Below, piece by piece: positions 47,458-59,593 of a DNA stretch of 64,000 nucleotides (the stretch's first letter is position 1; each line of letters begins with the position of its first letter). The notes beneath the pieces are model-generated. The model saw nothing but the letters and a program-made list of their open reading frames with translations. It was not told the origin of the DNA and made no database searches. Both the position numbers and the translations under genes were made by a program. Origin of the DNA: a virus; the IMG/VR virus record IMGVR_UViG_3300030117_003378, positions 9,802-73,801 of that record. One strand, 5' to 3'.

Positions 47458-48129
47458 ATGGGCGTGGTCATATTCACACGGGATGCCGAGAGGTATCGTG
47501 AGGGCAACTATGTCGAGGACCACAGGGGTCTTGCGACGCCACCAACTGCACCGGACACCACGTTCATCGTTCACGATAATAAGATGACCGAGAAGAAGGC
47601 GAGTGAGTGGGCAGACATTGTCCCGTTCCGTATGGTTATCGTGACCGAGAAGGCAGTCAATCTCAAGGGAGATGACGAGCGAGTGTTCGCTGACAACAGT
47701 GTAAGCAACCGTAAGCAAAACTACCGGCGCAACGTCGAGTCAATCTTCCGATGGACCGACCGCGACCGCGCACACTCTATCCTTGATGGCACCCCCCTCC
47801 CACTCATCGCGTCATTTGTCCGTGTCAATCGGCCCGACGACATCGCCACGGCACGTCGTTTGGCGCAGGTTCGGTATCAATTACCCGACCAATACGCTTA
47901 TAGCGTTCTCGCTTTTTCAATAGAACCGAGAGCGAGTAAGGTTGTTTGGCCTAAGAAGCATCCGTCTTCGACGGTGGGTTCTTCCATGCCCTTCATCCGT
48001 GCTTCGGATGCCTATATCGACAACCTGCTCGCTCTCACCCCCGCCTTGCGTAATGAAGTGAGACACACTTCTAAGGAATTACCGAAGGGGGTCAAAAAGA
48101 CACAGGAACGTGTAGGAGAATGGTTTTAA
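47458..48129 (+). CDS. Hypothetical protein
   Basis: 223 aa; promoter-like AAGGTTTATAG at 47419. Confidence 0.65.
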   Translation: MGVVIFTRDAERYREGNYVEDHRGLATPPTAPDTTFIVHDNKMTEKKASEWADIVPFRMVIVTEKAVNLKGDDERVFADNSVSNRKQNYRRNVESIFRWTDRDRAHSILDGTPLPLIASFVRVNRPDDIATARRLAQVRYQLPDQYAYSVLAFSIEPRASKVVWPKKHPSSTVGSSMPFIRASDAYIDNLLALTPALRNEVRHTSKELPKGVKKTQERVGEWF

Positions 48130-48359
48130 CGACTTGTTTGTCATGGGCGTTTATCATAGGTATTTATTCCTTTATTTGGTGGCTTTTTGGATTTAAAACG
48201 ATGAACGATTACTGTTTGGATGTGGCGAGACGTAACAATTACGAAATGCACGGAGAACCTTACGAACCTTTGGAAGAACCGGAATTCGCAATGTGGTTAG
48301 ATTTGGGTGAAATGTAATGTTCCGAAATGTTAAAGTAACTTCGACGCGCACATTTAACT

Positions 48360-48758
48360 ATGAGTGCGAACAACCGCCGCATCCGGCGAGTCATCGTCGA
48401 TATTCTGTGGGAACACGGGGCGATGACCAAGCAGGAGGTAGCCGAGCATTTACAGAATCACCGTGGGGTGAGGCAAGTACCGAGTCCCCAATCACTATCT
48501 GCTCTTCTATCCAAGAATCCACAAGTCATCTGCGTGGGAATCGCCAAGGTGGAAACTGCGGCGGGGATAACTGCACGTCACATGACCTTCGGAATCGACA
48601 AGAATTTGATTCGGCGAGAGGGCGACTTAATGCTCACGCGACCGGTCAATGCAATGACACCCGCGCAACGCAAGGAAGCAGAAAAGTGCGGTGGGTGCGG
48701 TCGTATCAGATTGATGCCGAGCGAGGGGCAACCGTGCCTCCATTGTCGTCGACAGTAA
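48360..48758 (+). CDS. Winged-helix protein with a C-terminal Zn ribbon
   Basis: MTKQEVAEHL...PSPQSLSALLSK; CGGCG...CLHC. Confidence 0.65.
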   Translation: MSANNRRIRRVIVDILWEHGAMTKQEVAEHLQNHRGVRQVPSPQSLSALLSKNPQVICVGIAKVETAAGITARHMTFGIDKNLIRREGDLMLTRPVNAMTPAQRKEAEKCGGCGRIRLMPSEGQPCLHCRRQ

Positions 48759-48801
48759 GGTTTATAGGGTCATCGCTTTCCCTTCATTTGGAGGAAGCAA
48801 T

Positions 48802-49029
48802 ATGAGTAACTTTGTGACACAGGAAGAGTTTGCGGTCGTGGGTAACGCCACGTTGGAATTATTAAACAGAATGAAGATGGCGGAAGCGCGTTTAGCGAAT
48901 ATCGAAAACGCCATCATTGAGTTAGGTAATACATTGACTATTGTTGCCAACCACCTTTCGTTGGTGTCCGATGTAACGATTGATTCAGGTGCGGTCGAGG
49001 CCGCACGTCAACGGAGGGAGAATCAATGA
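48802..49029 (+). CDS. Small coiled-coil protein
   Basis: Follows the promoter cassette at 48757. Confidence 0.65.
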   Translation: MSNFVTQEEFAVVGNATLELLNRMKMAEARLANIENAIIELGNTLTIVANHLSLVSDVTIDSGAVEAARQRRENQ

Positions 49030-49955
49030 GTGTGATTTGGTGGGAGAAGCACCGGCCAAAGTGCTTCGATGATTTGGTCGGGCAGGACCACATTATCAAG
49101 CACTTCCGAGTAAAGAGTGTTGCCGAGGCGGAGGGGCGAGATACCGCCAATCTACAACACATGATTTTCCACAGTCAAGGTGCAGGGACAGGCAAGACTT
49201 CCCTCGCATATATCCTCGCTGAAAAATACAGGCTTCACCTTCAGATATTCAATGCGTCCACGCGAGAGCAACGGGGCATCGGCTTCGTTCAGGATGAAGT
49301 CATCCCACTCGCACAGTCGCACCCCAACGTCTTGATTCTTCTTGATGAGGCAGACCAACTGACGCCGGACGCACAGTCCGCGCTCAAGGGCGTCATCGAG
49401 GGTAGCGTGGCTACGTTCATTCTGACCTGCAACAACCTCAATAAGATTAGCCCGTGGCTTCAGTCACGGTGTCAAACCCATGTGTTCAATCCTATTACAC
49501 GGGACACTATGATTCAACAATTGATGAACATTGCGGCGGCAGAAAATCTTACGCTAAACTCAAGGGCTGATTTCGGGGTCATAGCAAAGGCACATGAGGG
49601 CGACCTGCGTAGCGCCATCGGTGCATTGCAGACAGTGGCACTTCTTGAGGGCAAATCCCGAGAGCGATTCATCCGGTCGTTACAAGACCCCGAATTTGAC
49701 GCCAACAAATTCCTAAGACTCACATTCAAGGAGCGAGCATTCGACGAGGCTATGGCTATGACTAAGCCTCTCGACCCCCTCACTCTCATCAACGTCGTGT
49801 TCAAGCACGGCACTAATTCTCCCGCAAGTCCACAGGCAAAACTACGCCTGATTGACGCCGCAATCACGTCACGACGTGACCTGATTATGGGTGTCGAGGA
49901 TGTATTTGTACGGCACAACTTTGTTCGCCTTCTGTGCGAACCGGAGGATTTATAG
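49026..49955 (+). CDS. rfcS: Clamp loader, RFC small subunit-like
   Basis: WEKHRP, GTGKTS, NAS, LDEAD, ILTCN and SRC motifs. Confidence 0.92.
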   Translation: MSVIWWEKHRPKCFDDLVGQDHIIKHFRVKSVAEAEGRDTANLQHMIFHSQGAGTGKTSLAYILAEKYRLHLQIFNASTREQRGIGFVQDEVIPLAQSHPNVLILLDEADQLTPDAQSALKGVIEGSVATFILTCNNLNKISPWLQSRCQTHVFNPITRDTMIQQLMNIAAAENLTLNSRADFGVIAKAHEGDLRSAIGALQTVALLEGKSRERFIRSLQDPEFDANKFLRLTFKERAFDEAMAMTKPLDPLTLINVVFKHGTNSPASPQAKLRLIDAAITSRRDLIMGVEDVFVRHNFVRLLCEPEDL

Positions 49956-50001
49956 CCAAACTGCTATGCGGAAAATGTGGGAGAAACCCGAAAAGGAGCG
50001 T

Positions 50002-51212
50002 ATGAAAATGAGTTACGAGCAAGTGATTGAGCGAGCGGCAAAGAATGTCGGCGTGGACGTGGGTGCATTGAGCAGTCGCGCAGACGCCGTTCTTGCGGAA
50101 CACCGTGAAGAGTGGTCTGCGGCAGGTCGTTCAGAAGAAGATAGCAAGATGATGGCCCTTCGTGTAGCAACACGATTGGTCAAGACAGAAACAGAGCGTG
50201 TGACAAAGTCAGGATGTGACCTCTACGAAGGTATGTTCTTGACCTGCCCGCGCTACAAGGATTGGTCAGAATTGGCGTACAACAAGATGGCGCGTACTCT
50301 CGCAAGTGGACCGGATAGCCTCATGGAGAGTTTAGTCCGAAGCGGCAAGATTGTCGCGTTCACAAAGGACGGCGATGGTTGGACAAAGCATTCCAACCCG
50401 AGCCTCGACGCAAAGGAAGCATTCGCGGAAGGTCACACGACCTCAAGCGTAAGCGACCTTCCTGACCGACACAAGTTTGTCGATGGTAGCACTACCAAGG
50501 CATTCTATCTTGTGTGGGACGCCGCAAGCCCAACGTGGCCGAGCGGTGACAACAATTTCAAGTATGGTGCGGCCCGCCCAATGAAGGAGTTACAACGTGA
50601 CTGCCTGTTCATGGGGCGCAAGCAGGGTAGTGGAGATGAGCCGTCCGTGTTCACGATTCGCTTTAGCGGACTTGAGGCACAGGCGCAACACATGACTTAC
50701 CAACCCGGCACTATCGGTATTCGCATGGGTAAGAATGGTAACATCGCCTATGCAAAGGCGGGTGTGACATCGTTCACCCCTAATTCCGATTTGGCATCCA
50801 TCTTCAGCGGCCCGCCCGTAGATATGACCGGCGACAAGGCTTCCGGCCTCGTCGTTGACAATGCTACTGCGTGGTTGGATTCGTTGGATGACATCGTGCC
50901 ATTCACCGAAACTCTCACAGACCAAAACAAGTGGGATGCGTGGGTTGCGGCGGCGGTTGAAGTGATTCACATTGACCCCCGTGACCGTGGTGGTTACATT
51001 GTCACAGTCGGTGACCTCGATTTGACTTCGATGGCATCGACCATTGACATCTATGTCCCTGCCGAGCATGAGTCTCTCGTTGACTTCGGTGTCGGTTCAA
51101 CCTTGATGGTTGCCGGTTCACCTTGGGTCAGCCGTGAAGGCGAAGGTAGGCTATCCGTAATCGGTTGGTGGTGTGTAGACGCCATCCAACCCGCAAGCGG
51201 CGGGTGGGACGA

Positions 51213-51216
<4 letters not shown>
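50002..51216 (+). CDS. Putative RPA-like ssDNA-binding protein
   Basis: N-terminal helical domain and C-terminal OB-fold-like strands; acidic-aromatic tail GGWDE; position in the replisome cluster. Confidence 0.5.
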
Positions 51217-53028
<1,812 letters not shown>

Positions 53029-53056
53029 TTTATATCCTAACTGCTATTGGTAAGGA

Positions 53057-54004
53057 ATGGTGAAAGAAATGTCATGGGCAAGTGCAAAGACAGAAGAGGC
53101 CGAACAGGCAACGACAAAATACGATGCGGATTTCTACCGCAATCTGTACGCGCAGGGGAAGACGGCACGGGGCGCATTGCGTCCGGTTCGTATGGCTCTT
53201 GTGGGTAAGGAAAACACAACGAAGACAGGTACGGCATTGGACCTTGCCCGCGCAGGTGGGAACAAGGGTACAATCCACATCTTCGACTTCGACAGTAGCG
53301 CGGAGAACACCGTGGACTATGTGTGTGACGGCGACGAAGATGTCATCGTTCACCGACTATTCGATGAGTTGGATGAGTCCATCTTCCACGAAGACAATAG
53401 TACCAATTGGGTCGCCTTGATTGACAAGGTGTCGTGGTTCGTTAGCATGGTTGCCGAGGATGTCAGGGAGACAGAAGTTGCGGCAATCATCTTTGACGGT
53501 GGTTCTACGTTTATGAAGTGGTGTGAGTTTGCTATGACAGACGCACTACTGCGCCGTGGTGTCATCAAGGAAGAGGGCGAAGGCTTCAACCAAAAGGAAT
53601 GGAGAGAGCGCAACAAACTTTTCAAGAATACGATTCAGCGTGTCAACGCACTCCCTGTATCTCGTATCTTCTTCACGTTCCACTTGAAGGATGTCAAGTC
53701 CTATGTGGACTTGGGCAATGGCTCAAAGGGCCTGATGAAGATTGGTGAGAAGGTCGATTGGGTAGATGGTACTCAGCGCCTCTTCTCGCAACAGATTTTC
53801 CTTGAGCGATATATGAAGGAAGAGGATGCGGCGGCAGGTGTGAAAGGTGACGATAGTCTCGGGCCTAATGATTGGGTTGTGAAAGGCACAATCGAGGAGA
53901 TGAAGGGTCGTTACACTGAGCATCTAGGTGAGACGCACGACGTAATCGAAGTCAGGGGCGGCAAGGTCAAGTGGAACGGGTTCCCGTTCCTTAAATGGGA
54001 CTGA
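53057..54004 (+). CDS. RecA-fold (Sak4/AAA_24-like) ATPase, putative annealing/recombination protein
   Basis: Walker A variant GKENTTKT, IFDFD, IIFDGGS and FTFHLK. Confidence 0.6.
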   Translation: MVKEMSWASAKTEEAEQATTKYDADFYRNLYAQGKTARGALRPVRMALVGKENTTKTGTALDLARAGGNKGTIHIFDFDSSAENTVDYVCDGDEDVIVHRLFDELDESIFHEDNSTNWVALIDKVSWFVSMVAEDVRETEVAAIIFDGGSTFMKWCEFAMTDALLRRGVIKEEGEGFNQKEWRERNKLFKNTIQRVNALPVSRIFFTFHLKDVKSYVDLGNGSKGLMKIGEKVDWVDGTQRLFSQQIFLERYMKEEDAAAGVKGDDSLGPNDWVVKGTIEEMKGRYTEHLGETHDVIEVRGGKVKWNGFPFLKWD

Positions 54005-54006
54005 GT

Positions 54007-54165
54007 ATGCCGATTAATCCTGTGGGCAGGAAGTGGCCTCCGTGGCCCAAATGCCCTAAATGTGATAATGGATATTTGTTATTGGTGGGTGAATACTTTG
54101 ACTGTCATTCGTGTTGGTACAAGATTCCGTACAAGGAACACGGACACGGTGGCGGTCGATTTTAG
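54007..54165 (+). CDS. Small zinc-ribbon protein (52 aa)
   Basis: CPKC...CHSC; stop codon overlaps the first base of the tRNA. Confidence 0.5.
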   Translation: MPINPVGRKWPPWPKCPKCDNGYLLLVGEYFDCHSCWYKIPYKEHGHGGGRF

Positions 54166-54240
54166 GGGGTGTAGTCTAATTGGAAGGACATCTGCTTTGC
54201 AAGCAGAAGACTCGGGGTTCAAGTCCCTGCACCTCCACCA
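54165..54240 (+). tRNA. tRNA-Ala(UGC) with encoded CCA
   Basis: Acceptor GGGGGTG/CACCTCC with G3:U70; anticodon arm TCTGC-TTTGCAA-GCAGA; T loop GTTCAAGTC; 76 nt, no intron. Confidence 0.95.
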
Positions 54241-54272
54241 CCTTTATATCCAAAATGCTATGAGGGATTAAC

Positions 54273-55109
54273 ATGGTGAAAGTAGATGGTACTGAATTGA
54301 CGTGGCTCCTCGGAGTCACGCAACGCAAGCAAAACGTGAGCGGTAAGGCACACGCACAGGTGACTTCCTGTATGCTCGATTGTGTACCGGGCGAAATGTC
54401 GACGACTACACTTGTAAAGGATGGGTTGACGAGTCTATCAGATTTCACAATTGGTTGTGAGGGCAAGGAAGGATGGACTTCTGTTGACTATCCACGAATT
54501 CCCGTGGCCGACATTGACACTCTTCTCGGTGCGCTCAAGTACCACGGTAACACCGTGACCTTGACGTATGACAAGAAGACGGAAAAGTTACTCATCAAGT
54601 CCGCGAAGAAGCAGACTACACTATCGACGAGCGCTAAGGCTCTCGCTTATACCAACGCCCGCGACACTATCGAGGCATGGTTCAAGAAAAGCACGGACCT
54701 TGCGGCCAAGTTTACCAAGGAAGGTTACGTCACCAATGACTTGGACATCATTGAACCCGCCCACACCTATGTTGTGGATGCGGTAGACTTGTTTGAGGCC
54801 CTGCGTTGCGACGCAATGAACGGGCAGAAACTTAACAGATACACATTCCTGATGAAGAAGGAGGGACTTGATGTCGTCGTTGGTGGCGAGATGAAGGGGC
54901 TGACTTCTACAACATTGATTGAGGACGACTCGGAGGCCGAATTAGAATGGGCCTTTGAGGGTGGCCTTGACAATGTACTCGTCGGACTCAAGGGTGACGT
55001 GGTCCTTGACTTCTACGATTTCAGGGAACACAACCAAGGCGTCCGCATGGTCATGTGGTTAAATGATTGCACCTCATGGGTGTATCAGGCCGGTGTTCTT
55101 AAATACTAA
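54273..55109 (+). CDS. Sliding clamp (PCNA-like)
   Basis: 278 aa, two-domain alpha/beta pattern; lies between RFC and PolB. Confidence 0.55.
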   Translation: MVKVDGTELTWLLGVTQRKQNVSGKAHAQVTSCMLDCVPGEMSTTTLVKDGLTSLSDFTIGCEGKEGWTSVDYPRIPVADIDTLLGALKYHGNTVTLTYDKKTEKLLIKSAKKQTTLSTSAKALAYTNARDTIEAWFKKSTDLAAKFTKEGYVTNDLDIIEPAHTYVVDAVDLFEALRCDAMNGQKLNRYTFLMKKEGLDVVVGGEMKGLTSTTLIEDDSEAELEWAFEGGLDNVLVGLKGDVVLDFYDFREHNQGVRMVMWLNDCTSWVYQAGVLKY

Positions 55110-55143
55110 ATCGCGTCAAGAATATAACACAGGAGCAATAGAA

Positions 55144-55437
55144 ATGAGTTTGAAGACTGTATTGAAAGAAGCCCCAAGTGTGAGCGACATTGTCGCCGCA
55201 GGTGGGAGAATGGAGATAACGAAAGGGCGTAGCACATACTTCATCGAAGTGAAGACAGGACGTGCAGACGAAGCAAAGTCATACCGTGACTTTGATTGGC
55301 TACACGCGCACTACGTTGAGAAGGATATGACCATGCAAGAGATTGCGGATATGTTCGGTGTAACCCCAATGACCATCCAAATGTGGTTGGGTAAACACGA
55401 AATCGAAACACGACCACGCGGACGACGCTCTGAGTGA
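55144..55437 (+). CDS. HTH DNA-binding protein
   Basis: WLHAHYVEKDMTMQEIADMFGVTPMTIQMWL..H.I..R. Confidence 0.75.
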   Translation: MSLKTVLKEAPSVSDIVAAGGRMEITKGRSTYFIEVKTGRADEAKSYRDFDWLHAHYVEKDMTMQEIADMFGVTPMTIQMWLGKHEIETRPRGRRSE

Positions 55438-55446
55438 GGCGTTAGT

Positions 55447-57717
55447 GTGATTGTCGACCGAGGCAAGGGCCGCAAGGTCATTGTCAGATACCGTGACCCC
55501 GAAACACGGGAGCGGAAGGTCGAGACAATCAGCAACCACTACCCTTATTACTTCGTTGACAAGGAAGAGATGCCGGTGGGTGACCCCGGTTGGGACTTGG
55601 CACGGAGTGAGGGCGTTATCGGTGTAGATGACGGAGGCGACATCGGTGTGTACGGAGAGAAACTGTTAAAGGTTACCTGTTCGTACCCCGAAGTCGTCTC
55701 CAAAACCCGCGAAGGATTCCACCGTACATGGGAGGCAAATATCCCTTGGACTGTTCGGGTTCTCGCAGATGCCGACATAGACATCCCCATGTATGAACAC
55801 CGTGTATGGACATTGGACGCCGAGTGGTTGGTGGACAGTGGTCGCATCAACATGATTACCGTTCACGATTCCTATACAGACAACCTATACACATGGTTCG
55901 TCGACTCGGAAAATGATTCCGATATGATGGTGTCCTCGATGGAATGTAAGAAGCACCCTGAAGGTGTGACGACGCTCAAGTTTGAGACGAATGCCATGCA
56001 ATGCAGGGATGAGAAGACTCTACTGACTGCGTTTGTGAAGCACATGGATAAGCACGACCCTGATGTACTGATGGGTTGGTATCTTGTCGGTGCTGACATC
56101 AAGCAGATTGCGATGAGGATGAGGGCAAACAAACTCAACCCTGCGTCGCTTTCCCCCATGCGGAGGCACACTTACGATTACGGTGATTGGGACCAACCAA
56201 TCCCCGGTCGTATTTGCTTCGACCTGATGCTTGGGTTCGTTAAACTGTGGACAGTAAAGAACGGACAGTTGCCGGGTCGAAAATTAGATGATGTGGCGTG
56301 GGAAGTATTGAGTGAGAGAAAGGTTCCCTTGGAGGACGGACACGACACATACTACACCGACCTCGCCACTTACATCGACTACAACAGACAGGACGTGAGG
56401 CTACTGCCTCGCCTCAATGATATGCTCAACTGTCTGAATCATTATCTTACCCTTATGCACTTGTGCAAGGTGGACTTCCGAGCGACACCACACGTCACCA
56501 AATTGACGACGGGGTTGCTACTCAACGATGACGAGTGGGTATATCGGATTCCGACACGCCCACAACACGAATACGAGGCGTATGATGGCGCGGACATCAT
56601 GGAACCGGAAGCCGGTGTGTATCAGAACGTGGGCATCCTTGATATTCGGGCCATGTACCACAGTAATGTAGACCTCCACAACATATCGTGGGACACGCTT
56701 GACGAATCCGGCAAGGACTGTGGCAACGGTGTTCGCTTCTCACAGGAAAAGAAGGGTACTTTGGGTCGCATGATGGGTAACTTGACCGAATTACGCAATG
56801 AATACAAGGCGAAGAAGGCACAGGCCACTGACCCATACGAAATTACCAAATATGACGCCATGCAATATGCTACGAAGTCCCTCGTCGCATCTCTATACGG
56901 GGTGTGCGGTGACAGTAAGTATTCGTTGTATCACCCAAAGGTGGCGTCGTCTATCACATTCACAAGCAGGGAGACTCTCGGACGCCTTCGTGACCTATCT
57001 GAAGAGCGTGGGTCGCGGGTCATCTATGGTCACACGGATTCCGTGTTCGTAGAGGCGGAGAGCGTTGGTATTTTGGAGGCTACCTGCAACGACATCAATG
57101 AGGTCATGCACCCCATCGTCGTCGAGTTTGAGAAGTACGCCGAGACAATGTTCATCAAGGCGAAAAACCGTTACGCAGGTAAGGTCACATGGTCGGAAGG
57201 CAAGTATCTTGAAGAGCCGGATTACTATGTCAAAGGGATTGAATTGAAACAGTCCCGCTTACCACCTGCCATGAAGACCACGATGATGACAATTCTGCGT
57301 GGTATTCTCGACGGGCAGACGCAGGACGACGTGTCCGGCTCACTGTCCTCGTTGATTGAGGACGTGGTCAACGAAAGAGTCCCGCTTGAGGACTTGATGA
57401 TTAAGGGGTCACTTTCCAAGCCCCTGAGTAAGTACGCTTCCATCTCAGGCACCGCACAGGGCGCACAGTGGGCCAACACCCACTTGAACAAGGAATACAG
57501 TGAAGGGGACTACTTTCACTGTATTCTTACGGAGTCCGGTGACTATGTGGCCTTCGACAGTCCCGATGAAATAGACGGTATGGTCGATGTTGGTTACACT
57601 GAGATGGCGAAGCGATTCATTGTCAAGAAGGCACAAGACCTGTACAACGTGGTTGGGTGGGATTACACGCCTTTGGAGAATGCCTTACATGGCAAGGGGG
57701 ATATGATGTGGCTCTGA
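55447..57717 (+). CDS. polB: Family B DNA polymerase
   Basis: Exo DAE and YNRQD; pol DIRAMYHS, KSLVASLYG, YGHTDS, KNRY and KGIE; no intein. Confidence 0.96.
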   Translation: MIVDRGKGRKVIVRYRDPETRERKVETISNHYPYYFVDKEEMPVGDPGWDLARSEGVIGVDDGGDIGVYGEKLLKVTCSYPEVVSKTREGFHRTWEANIPWTVRVLADADIDIPMYEHRVWTLDAEWLVDSGRINMITVHDSYTDNLYTWFVDSENDSDMMVSSMECKKHPEGVTTLKFETNAMQCRDEKTLLTAFVKHMDKHDPDVLMGWYLVGADIKQIAMRMRANKLNPASLSPMRRHTYDYGDWDQPIPGRICFDLMLGFVKLWTVKNGQLPGRKLDDVAWEVLSERKVPLEDGHDTYYTDLATYIDYNRQDVRLLPRLNDMLNCLNHYLTLMHLCKVDFRATPHVTKLTTGLLLNDDEWVYRIPTRPQHEYEAYDGADIMEPEAGVYQNVGILDIRAMYHSNVDLHNISWDTLDESGKDCGNGVRFSQEKKGTLGRMMGNLTELRNEYKAKKAQATDPYEITKYDAMQYATKSLVASLYGVCGDSKYSLYHPKVASSITFTSRETLGRLRDLSEERGSRVIYGHTDSVFVEAESVGILEATCNDINEVMHPIVVEFEKYAETMFIKAKNRYAGKVTWSEGKYLEEPDYYVKGIELKQSRLPPAMKTTMMTILRGILDGQTQDDVSGSLSSLIEDVVNERVPLEDLMIKGSLSKPLSKYASISGTAQGAQWANTHLNKEYSEGDYFHCILTESGDYVAFDSPDEIDGMVDVGYTEMAKRFIVKKAQDLYNVVGWDYTPLENALHGKGDMMWL

Positions 57718-57933
57718 GGAAACTTCAAGTGTCACGGAAAGAATGGAGTATCATGGGGCCGACAGAAGAGGTTAAATACGACTTCGTGTGCTACTACTGT
57801 TTGAGAGCAAAGGAGGCAAGCAGTCTTAGTCACTTCGACCCGTTAGATGTAGCAGATGAGTATAGCGAAATCGTGCCGGTATGTGTAGATTGTGTGTATA
57901 GTATGTATCTCGGAGAACAGGAGTTAGAAGAAG

Positions 57934-58260
57934 ATGAGTGATATATTGATGCCCGGACAGGGCGGGAAAAGAATCAAGCGTAATGCGACGAAAAACCAAT
58001 TGATTGAGCAAAGACTAGAGGACTTGGAAAACAACGTCGGGCAGTTTGCCCGTGCGGTAGGGAACGACCTACAAAGATTCCAAGCCCTGATTATGGCCTT
58101 GATGAAGGACTTGGACAGGGTTGAAATATACAATTGTTCCGAGTGCGATGAAAAGGGCATTTGGTTCCCGGTTCTATCGTCGCTTGAAGTCGAGCCTGAC
58201 TGCCCATCGTGCGGTGCGGCCTTGACTGAAGACGATTTGGCTTCCGATGAAGAAGAATAG
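57934..58260 (+). CDS. Coiled-coil plus Zn-ribbon protein
   Basis: CSEC...CPSCG. Confidence 0.65.
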   Translation: MSDILMPGQGGKRIKRNATKNQLIEQRLEDLENNVGQFARAVGNDLQRFQALIMALMKDLDRVEIYNCSECDEKGIWFPVLSSLEVEPDCPSCGAALTEDDLASDEEE

Positions 58261-58301
58261 GTTTAAGTAACAGAATAGATGTAGCAGGTTTAGTGATTAG
58301 T

Positions 58302-58574
58302 ATGTCCCGTGTATTGGTTGTTGGTGACGAAAAGGCTTTGGGTGCCGCTTTGAAGAAGCATGGCGCAGAGAATGTTTGGTGGGCGGTCCGCGAAGGACCG
58401 GAAACCCGACCCATTGCTTTGCGAGTAGGACTCGCACCCCACCACTATGCGGGCCTCCTTGCGAAAGGCGAATGCTCCGAAGAAGATTACGATGTAGTCC
58501 TCGGATTGGAGAAGCCCGAGCCAAAGAAGGAACCCAAACCTGCCGCGAAGAAGGCGGCGAAGAAGGATGACTGA
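58302..58574 (+). CDS. Hypothetical protein with a Lys/Pro/Ala tail
   Basis: TATA-like TTTAAG at 58262; KPEPKKEPKPAAKKAAKK. Confidence 0.6.
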   Translation: MSRVLVVGDEKALGAALKKHGAENVWWAVREGPETRPIALRVGLAPHHYAGLLAKGECSEEDYDVVLGLEKPEPKKEPKPAAKKAAKKDD

Positions 58575-59400
58575 AAAGGATTTGGATTATTACAAGGAGA
58601 AGGGGCATTACAACCCCATTGAAGCGGAAAGATTGGGCGTCCCACTCAGGGTGTCTAAATCATCATTTATGGGTTACCTGTGGTGTCCCCGACAGTTTTG
58701 GTGGTCATACGTTCAAGGCATCCGTGGTCCGGCAACACCGGAAATGGAGCGAGGCACACTCGTCCACGATAGTCTTGACGAAGCATACGACCTATGGGAA
58801 GAAGGCTCACTGGTAGACCACTTTCCTGAATCAGACGACCCCGCTTTCTCGGCCTTGGCTGAGTTAGAGGAAGCGCGTCTCAAACTATGGGGTGAAGAAT
58901 TATTCCCACCCGTAGAGCATGAGGTTCATCACGAAGTCTACGACCCTGAACACAACATTATCATGGTCGGTCGCATTGACGCCGTGTTCCGTCACCCTGA
59001 TGGTGGTTTGGTCATCGGTGAATTGAAGACGGGCAATATGGGTGACTCCAAACTGAGTAAGACACGCAAGGAATTGTGCTTCTACAAGCGCATGGCTGAA
59101 TTGCTCGGTTGGGATGAGGTGACCCACTTCTACTACATGACGCCTGACTGTGACAACGGCGACCTTGTTCAGAAACTCCTTGGGAAGAAGAGAAACAAGC
59201 CCGAAGTATTCCTCGGCACGACGCAAGGTTTATCAATAATGGAAGAGGTATCGTCCCGTTCAATAAAGGCATTTGAGAAATCCTTAAGTGTCGCAATAGA
59301 CGGTATGAGAACCCACGATTGGAGCATGAAGTGGAACGATTTCACTTGCCCCGTTTGGTGTGACTTTGCGGTATCGTGTGACGAAGAAAGACTCGGTTAA
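58567..59400 (+). CDS. Cas4/AddB-like PD-(D/E)XK exonuclease with Fe-S cysteines
   Basis: CPRQ, GTLVH, GRID, ELKTG and C-terminal C...C.F...C. Confidence 0.85.
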   Translation: MTEKDLDYYKEKGHYNPIEAERLGVPLRVSKSSFMGYLWCPRQFWWSYVQGIRGPATPEMERGTLVHDSLDEAYDLWEEGSLVDHFPESDDPAFSALAELEEARLKLWGEELFPPVEHEVHHEVYDPEHNIIMVGRIDAVFRHPDGGLVIGELKTGNMGDSKLSKTRKELCFYKRMAELLGWDEVTHFYYMTPDCDNGDLVQKLLGKKRNKPEVFLGTTQGLSIMEEVSSRSIKAFEKSLSVAIDGMRTHDWSMKWNDFTCPVWCDFAVSCDEERLG

Positions 59401-59593
59401 GTTTATATGCAAAATGCTGTGAGGGATGAATATGGAAAGCAAGATAGCGTGTGTGTGCGGTTGCACAAATTTTGAGAATGAGCGTAATGAATACATTGTA
59501 ACGAGTGATATTGACGACCCCCGTGGCGGTCTAATTCTAATCGCAGACTGCATACAGTGTGGAAGGACAATATCGTTAGTTTGAGGGATTGCT

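Noticed and set aside
54165-54240. tRNA as an attachment site indicating a provirus
   Set aside because: No integrase and no duplicated tRNA 3' end seen in the window
55447-57717. Inteins or introns in PolB (also checked TerL and the MCM-like gene)
   Set aside because: Lengths are normal and motifs contiguous; no intein boundary signature seen
58567-59400. CRISPR-Cas system suggested by the Cas4-like gene
   Set aside because: No repeat-spacer array or other cas genes; stand-alone Cas4-like nucleases are common in archaeal virus replication modules
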